64,000 nt of DNA, taken from NCBI GenBank assembly GCA_965207735.1, contig OZ242296.1:4096001-4160000 (forward strand). The letters are read 5' to 3'. The notes under the pieces were generated by a model. The model was not told where the DNA came from. It worked only from the letters and a program-made list of their open reading frames with translations, and did not search any database. Source of the DNA: Candidatus Versatilivorator sp. GTDB lineage: Bacteria; Acidobacteriota; Terriglobia; Versatilivoradales; Versatilivoraceae. A program made the position numbers and the translations under genes. Positions 58,886 through 64,000 of this stretch are shown here, one piece after another. Position 1 is the first letter of the stretch, and each line of letters opens with the position of its first letter.

Positions 58886-58890
58886 GGATC

Positions 58891-59970
58891 ATGCCGAAGC
58901 GATCTCCTCTTTTTGAAACTCAGCGGGACACGGGAGCGGAATTCATGGAATTTCGGGGCCGCGAGATCCCGAGCCGCTTCAGCTCGCTGGAAGAGGAGTA
59001 CACCGCCTTGGAACGTGAGGCCGGTCTGCTCGACCTGTCGGTTCAGAGCCTGGCCGAGCTGAGGGGCAGGGATCGATCGCGCTTTCTCCACGGAATGGTC
59101 ACCAACGACATCCGGAATCTTTCACCCGGACAGGGCTGCTATGCCCTCATGCTCACTCCCCAGGGACGGATCCTCACCGACATGCGGGTCCTCAGCCTGG
59201 AAGAGGCCCTGATGCTGATGGTCGAAGCCGACCTCATGGAGAAGGACCTGGCTCTTTTGAGGAAGTACATTATTGCGGATCAGGTCGATGTCATCGACCG
59301 GTCGGCCGACCTGACTATTCTCTCGCTGCAAGGACCCAAGGCTTCCGAGGTCCTCGCCAGGCTGTGTCCGGAACAGTCCCTGCCCGAGGCTCCTTTCGAG
59401 CACCGTCTCATGCAAGTCGGGAACCTGCCGGCCCGCTGTGCCCGCATGCGGCGAACCGCCTCGGGAGGCTACGATCTCATTGTGCCCCAAGCCCAATCAG
59501 TCGATCTCTGGGACCTCCTGCTTCAGTCGGGAGAGCCGGTCGGCCTTCAGCCGGTGGGGCTTGAAGCTTGGAACATCCACCGGATCGAGGCGGGAATCGC
59601 CTGGTATGGGATCGATATGGACGAAGGCCGCATACCCCTGGAGGTCGGCATGGAAGAGGCCATCAGCTATAGCAAGGGGTGCTATATCGGCCAGGAAGTC
59701 GTTGCCCGGGCCACCTTCCGCGGGAAGGTCAATCGCAGGCTCATGGGCCTCCTCCTGTCATCCGGTAAGCCCGCCCACGGAGGAGACAAATTATTCCGTA
59801 ACGGGCAGGAGGTGGGCTGGGTAACGGGTAGCGCCTACTCTCCCAGGCTGGGGCGAGCCATCGCCCTGGCTTATGTCCGCAAGGAGGCCTGGGATCCCGG
59901 CACCGCCGTCGGAGTGGAAAACGGCGGCGTGCGGACCGACGCCGAGGTGACTCAGTATCCCTTTGACTGA
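58891..59970 (+). CDS. Folate-binding GcvT-family protein (YgfZ-like)
   Basis: GcvT fold with the YgfZ signature KGCYIGQE. Confidence 0.85.
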   Translation: MPKRSPLFETQRDTGAEFMEFRGREIPSRFSSLEEEYTALEREAGLLDLSVQSLAELRGRDRSRFLHGMVTNDIRNLSPGQGCYALMLTPQGRILTDMRVLSLEEALMLMVEADLMEKDLALLRKYIIADQVDVIDRSADLTILSLQGPKASEVLARLCPEQSLPEAPFEHRLMQVGNLPARCARMRRTASGGYDLIVPQAQSVDLWDLLLQSGEPVGLQPVGLEAWNIHRIEAGIAWYGIDMDEGRIPLEVGMEEAISYSKGCYIGQEVVARATFRGKVNRRLMGLLLSSGKPAHGGDKLFRNGQEVGWVTGSAYSPRLGRAIALAYVRKEAWDPGTAVGVENGGVRTDAEVTQYPFD

Positions 59971-60064
59971 CGGCCAGATGAAAGTGACCTCGCTCGGTGG
60001 TTTGCGGGATTGATTTCTTCACAGGCTTTCACGATCTCTCGGACGACCTGACGAATTCCAGCCC

Positions 60065-60478
60065 ATGCCATCCTTTCGCTTCACCACCGCCCTGGAGATC
60101 CGCTTTCGAGATCTGGACGCGCTAGGCCACGTCAACAACGCCGTCTACCTCACCTATTTCGAGATCGTTCGAACCCGGTACTGGAAGAGCCTGTTCGGAC
60201 TTCCTCCCGCCGATGACTGGGGTTTCGTGATGGTGAGGACGGAGTGCAACTACCGCTCCCCGGCGCTTCTGGGTGAGACCATCGACATCGCGGCACGGGT
60301 CTCGGCCCTGAGGAATTCCAGCTTCACCTTCGAATACCGCCTGACCGAAAGCCAAAGCGGGCGTCTGATTGCCGACGGCCTGTCGGTGCAAGCCTGTTAC
60401 GACAGGAAGAGCGGCCGGACGGTCCGCATTCCCGAGTCGATGCGGCAACGAATCAAGGACTTCGAGGGCCTGGACTGA
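60065..60478 (+). CDS. Acyl-CoA thioesterase (4HBT/YbgC hotdog fold)
   Basis: RFRDLDALGHVNNAVYLTYFE motif. Confidence 0.9.
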   Translation: MPSFRFTTALEIRFRDLDALGHVNNAVYLTYFEIVRTRYWKSLFGLPPADDWGFVMVRTECNYRSPALLGETIDIAARVSALRNSSFTFEYRLTESQSGRLIADGLSVQACYDRKSGRTVRIPESMRQRIKDFEGLD

Positions 60479-60493
60479 GCATTCCCCGGGACG

Positions 60494-61543
60494 TCAGGTA
60501 GATCCGCCCCCGGCCTTCAGAATTTTCAGGTTCTCCAGAAAGGAAGGCCGGGCAACTCCGGCGTCGGTGATGATGGCCGCCACGTAGCGGTGAGGGGTCA
60601 CGTCAAAGGCGGGGTTTCCGGCGGTGGCTCCCTGGGGCGCAATGGCCCTTTCGCCCAGGTGGGTCACTTCTCGCGGGGAGCGCTGCTCGATGGGGATCTC
60701 GTCGCCCGTGGGAACGTCCAGGTCGACCGTCGAGAGGGGCGCCGCCACGTAGAAGGGGATCTCATGCTCCCGGGCCAGCACGGCAACTGAATAGGTGCCG
60801 ATCTTGTTGGCCACGTCCCCGTTGGCTGCGATCCTGTCAGCTCCCACGACGACGCAGTCCACCTGGCCCTGTTTCATGTAATACCCCGCCATGTTGTCGG
60901 TGATCAAGGTGACCGGGATATTGTCCTTTTGCAGTTCCCAAACGGTTAAGCGGGCTCCCTGCAGGAAAGGCCGCGTTTCGTCCGCCAGCACCTCCACTCT
61001 CTTGCCCTGCTCCACCGCGGCCCGAATGACTCCCAGAGCCGTGCCGTAGCCGGCGGTCGCCAGGGCGCCGGCATTGCAATGGGTCAGAACCCGGGATCCG
61101 TCCTGGATAAGACCGGCCCCGTGACTCCCCATGCGCCGGTTGAGTCGAATATCCTCGTCGTGGATGTGCAGGGCCTCCGTCTTGAGGGCGGCAGCCACGG
61201 CCAGCGGTCCCCGGGATTTTTTCCGCCGGTAGACCCCCTTCATCCGTTCGATGGCCCAGAACAAATTCACTGCCGTGGGCCGGGTCGCCGCCAGAGTCCC
61301 GCATATGGCTTGAAACTCCTGGTCAAACCGCTCCGGCTCATGGGACTTGACGGACTCGGCCCCCAGCGCCACTCCCATGGCAGCGGCGACTCCAATCGCC
61401 GGCGCGCCTCGAATGACCATGTCCCTGATTGCTTGCGCCACTTCCTCGTAGGTTCTGAACACCGGGTACTCTTCGACCGCCGGCAACTTCCGCTGGTCGA
61501 TCATGACCACGCCTTCGTCGCTCCATGCGATGGTCTCGAACAT
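60494..61543 (-). CDS. mtnA: S-methyl-5-thioribose-1-phosphate isomerase
   Basis: IDQR.LP, RGAPAIG, RPTAVNL, THCNAG.LAT, ETRP.LQGARLT and NKIGTY. Confidence 0.95.
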   Translation of the reverse strand: MFETIAWSDEGVVMIDQRKLPAVEEYPVFRTYEEVAQAIRDMVIRGAPAIGVAAAMGVALGAESVKSHEPERFDQEFQAICGTLAATRPTAVNLFWAIERMKGVYRRKKSRGPLAVAAALKTEALHIHDEDIRLNRRMGSHGAGLIQDGSRVLTHCNAGALATAGYGTALGVIRAAVEQGKRVEVLADETRPFLQGARLTVWELQKDNIPVTLITDNMAGYYMKQGQVDCVVVGADRIAANGDVANKIGTYSVAVLAREHEIPFYVAAPLSTVDLDVPTGDEIPIEQRSPREVTHLGERAIAPQGATAGNPAFDVTPHRYVAAIITDAGVARPSFLENLKILKAGGGST

Positions 61544-61589
61544 GACCGTTGACCTCCCGGCTGGTGCCCCCGACATAGGAATACGTGTC

Positions 61590-61770
61590 TGAAACAAACG
61601 AAAAAAGACAAAAGAAAAAGAGGAAAAAGATTTATCCACGAAGAGGCACGAAGGACCACGAAGGGCCACTAAGGCGCTGAGGTTAACCGCGACGGGGTAC
61701 CAAGGTCGCGAAAGGATAATCGATTTCCGATTGTTTCACTCTCGTATGATCCGCCCGGCAGGGCGGGGAC
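61590..61770 (+). repeat. Module of the composite intergenic repeat family
   Basis: TTATCCACGAAG..CACGAAGG.CCACTAAGGCG.TGAGGTTAACCGCG is shared with about 22450-22570 and, inverted, with about 12320-12430. The 3' part is the inverse of 11480-11518. Confidence 0.8.
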
Positions 61771-62040
61771 GGAACTTGTCTCAAACGCCGGGGACTATAC
61801 CACAGACACGGGGCAACCGGGGATCAGAGGCACTAGCCCGCAGTTGTCCATGCCGCCGGTCTATCAAGACAAGCACAGCAGCTGGGCATCCCCGCTCTAC
61901 CGGCAAATTGCGAGCTTTGATTTTTCCGGGAGGTTGGGCTATATTCTGGCTCTCTCGAAAGTACCAGTTGACCGGCGGGCATGGTTCGCCGGATCGCTAT
62001 GGAGATGATGTTCAAACCCATCCTCAAGGAGGATTCCTCT

Positions 62041-62415
62041 ATGGATCGAAGAAAATTCACTCAGGTCATGGGAGCCGCCGTGGCCGGCATGGTGGCGGGT
62101 TCCAAAGCGGTCAGTCAAACGGATTCGCTGTTGTTGGCCGATGAAGACAAGAAGTCCAAGCACGTCTGCAAGGGCCGTAACCAGTGCAAGGGCCAGGGCG
62201 GTTGCGCCAGCGGCGACAACGGCTGCGCCGGCAAGAATTCCTGCAAGGGCAAGGGCGGCTGCGCCACCGTGGCCAAGCACGCCTGCAAGGGTCAGAACGA
62301 GTGCAAGGGCCAGGGCGGCTGCGGCAGCGGCGACAACGGCTGCGCCGGCAAGAATTCCTGCAAGGGCAAGGGCGGCTGCGCCGTTCCCGTTCACGGGACC
62401 GAAAAGAAGAAATAG
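62041..62415 (+). CDS. Cys-rich RiPP precursor for an MNIO enzyme (bufferin BufA2-like), with a twin-arginine leader and two 39-aa core repeats
   Basis: MDRRKF plus a hydrophobic leader; two copies of KHxCKGxNxCKGQGGCxSGDNGCAGKNSCKGKGGC; AGGAGG RBS; lies directly upstream of DUF692. Confidence 0.82.
   Translation: MDRRKFTQVMGAAVAGMVAGSKAVSQTDSLLLADEDKKSKHVCKGRNQCKGQGGCASGDNGCAGKNSCKGKGGCATVAKHACKGQNECKGQGGCGSGDNGCAGKNSCKGKGGCAVPVHGTEKKK
62158..62385 (+). repeat. 117-bp tandem duplication encoding the precursor core
   Basis: Units start at 62158 and 62275 and are near-identical. Confidence 0.9.
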
Positions 62416-62534
62416 CCTGACTCTCCAGGACCGGCCGGTCTCCCGACGTTTCCGACCGCGGGGTGCAGCCCACGACTCCGCGGCCGGGAAGCGGGATGGC
62501 GGCCGAGTCCGTGCGTCGGACCAGGAGGTCCCTT

Positions 62535-63395
62535 ATGGGCAGGAACCGATGGAATTTGCCCGACCTGGGGTTCGGAATCGGTCTCCGCACCGTCCACTAC
62601 AGCTACATTCTCGCCAACCACCCTCCCATCGACTGGTTCGAAATCCTGTCGGAGAACTACATGGATACGGGAGGACGGCCGCTTTACGTGCTGGACCAGG
62701 TGGCGGAACGCTACCCGGTCGTGCTCCACGGCGTTTCCATGTCGGTGGGAAGCACCGACCCCTTGAACCTGGATTATCTGAAGAAACTGAAGGCCTTGGC
62801 CGACCGTACCAGGGCCCACTGGGTCTCCGACCACCTCTGCTGGACCGGCGTGAGCGGCATCAACGTCCATGACCTGCTGCCGATGCCCTACACCGACGAA
62901 TCCCTGCGCTACACCATCGAACGGGTGAAGGCGGTTTCCGAGATCCTGGAGCGCCCCCTGGTGCTGGAGAATCCCTCGACCTACCTGGAGTTCGGGACCT
63001 CGACCTGGAGCGAAGTCGACTTTCTGTCCACCCTGGCCCAGGAGGCCGACTGCGGGATACTTCTGGACGTGAACAACGTCTACGTCAGCTGCTTCAACCA
63101 CGGCCTGGACCCGGACGCCTTCATCGACCGCGTCCCGGCCGACCGTGTGGTTCAGTATCACCTGGCCGGACACACCCACAAGGGAACCCACATTCTGGAC
63201 ACCCACAGCGATTACGTCATCGACGAAGTCTGGTCCCTCTATCGACGCTCCTGCCGGAGAACCGGCGGGGTGGCAACCCTGCTGGAGTGGGACGAGAACA
63301 TTCCCAGCTTCGAGGTGGTTCACGCCGAAGCCTTGAAAGCCCGCCGGCACCGCGGCCTTCCCGAGCCGGACCACAAGAGAGCCTATGGCACCTGA
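62535..63395 (+). CDS. DUF692 family multinuclear non-heme iron-dependent oxidative enzyme (MNIO; BufB/HvfB-like)
   Basis: GIGLR..HY, WFEILSENY, LHGVSMSVG, SDHLCW, HDLLP.P, LEN, LLDVNNVYV, HLAGH, DTH and LLEWD; AGGAGG RBS. Confidence 0.93.
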   Translation: MGRNRWNLPDLGFGIGLRTVHYSYILANHPPIDWFEILSENYMDTGGRPLYVLDQVAERYPVVLHGVSMSVGSTDPLNLDYLKKLKALADRTRAHWVSDHLCWTGVSGINVHDLLPMPYTDESLRYTIERVKAVSEILERPLVLENPSTYLEFGTSTWSEVDFLSTLAQEADCGILLDVNNVYVSCFNHGLDPDAFIDRVPADRVVQYHLAGHTHKGTHILDTHSDYVIDEVWSLYRRSCRRTGGVATLLEWDENIPSFEVVHAEALKARRHRGLPEPDHKRAYGT

Positions 63396-64000
63396 TCTGG
63401 GCGACACCCAGCAATGGATGCAGGCGGTCATTCTGCATCCGGGCTCCGATCGCGAGGCGGTGGCTTCCCCGAAAGCCCGCAAACTAGTGCCGACAAGCCG
63501 GTTTCCACGCCTGATAAGACCATCCCGTACGCTGGATTCCTTCGACCGAATCGGAATCTACCGCGGCATGTACCTGGCCCGCTTGCAGGAAGCCCTGGAG
63601 GCCGACTTTCCCGGGCTGCTGCATTTTCTGGGTCGGAAGCGCTTCTCCGAGCTGGTCGGGGGCTATGTCGACCGCTATCCCTCCCGGAGCTATACCTTGA
63701 ACCGCCTGGGAGATTATCTGCCCGAATACATCCGGAGCATCCCCGGAATAGTGCGGCAGGACTTCCTCTACGAAATGGCTCGCTTCGAGCTGTTGATGAG
63801 CCGACTGTTCGACGCTGAGGAATCACCGGTCCTCACCCCCGATGCCATCGCCGCGGTACCCCCGGAAAGCTGGGAGACAGCCCGTCTCAAACCCATCGCG
63901 GCTCTTTCGGTGGAGGCGCTTCGCTACCCGGTGGGAGCCTATCTGGAGGCGGTGCGCCAGGGCACGACCTGCCCCAGCACGCGGCGCAAAGACCACTGGG
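63385..64000 (+). CDS. DUF2063 family MNIO partner protein (BufC/HvfC-like), 3'-truncated by the window edge
   Basis: Not in the ORF track. Open frame MAPDLGDTQQWMQAVIL...RIGIYRGMYLARLQEALEADFP...YPSRSYTLNRLG.YLPEY...EMARFE; overlaps the DUF692 stop codon. Confidence 0.85.
   Translation, partial: MAPDLGDTQQWMQAVILHPGSDREAVASPKARKLVPTSRFPRLIRPSRTLDSFDRIGIYRGMYLARLQEALEADFPGLLHFLGRKRFSELVGGYVDRYPSRSYTLNRLGDYLPEYIRSIPGIVRQDFLYEMARFELLMSRLFDAEESPVLTPDAIAAVPPESWETARLKPIAALSVEALRYPVGAYLEAVRQGTTCPSTRRKDHW

Noticed and set aside
61771-61800. ECF sigma-like -35 (GGAACTT) upstream of the MNIO cluster
   Set aside because: No convincing -10 element, about 270 bp from the start codon, and adjacent to a repeat module.
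61833-61915. CTAGCCCGCA resembling another IS1380 end
   Set aside because: The match stops after 10 bp and the putative opposite end is too degenerate.

Overview
GC-rich (roughly 63-65% by eye) bacterial chromosome segment. Gene content and style suggest a member of the Acidobacteriota, possibly host- or sponge-associated; this is inference. In order: a DUF1553/DUF1501 pair; a large eukaryote-like LRR gene cleanly interrupted by an IS1380 element, with a decayed paralogue and a related MITE next to it; secreted and metabolic genes (beta-propellers, PHP, galM, glutamine amidotransferase, nitrilase, HAD); a minus-strand, split selenocysteine formate dehydrogenase operon (in-frame UGA plus SECIS); a circularly permuted ATP-grasp / amt / alpha-E / transglutaminase cluster; a binding-protein/histidine-kinase-fed partner-switching module; housekeeping genes (cysS, smc, purC, CIRCE-groES-groEL, tatA/C, S41 protease, gatB, ygfZ-like, mtnA); and, at the right edge, an MNIO (DUF692) RiPP cluster with a twin-arginine, tandemly duplicated 12-Cys precursor. 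Intergenic spaces hold a modular family of REP-like and MITE repeats. Short IS1380-end derivatives appear to supply the start codons of two host genes. All calls come from reading the sequence; no database searches were run.
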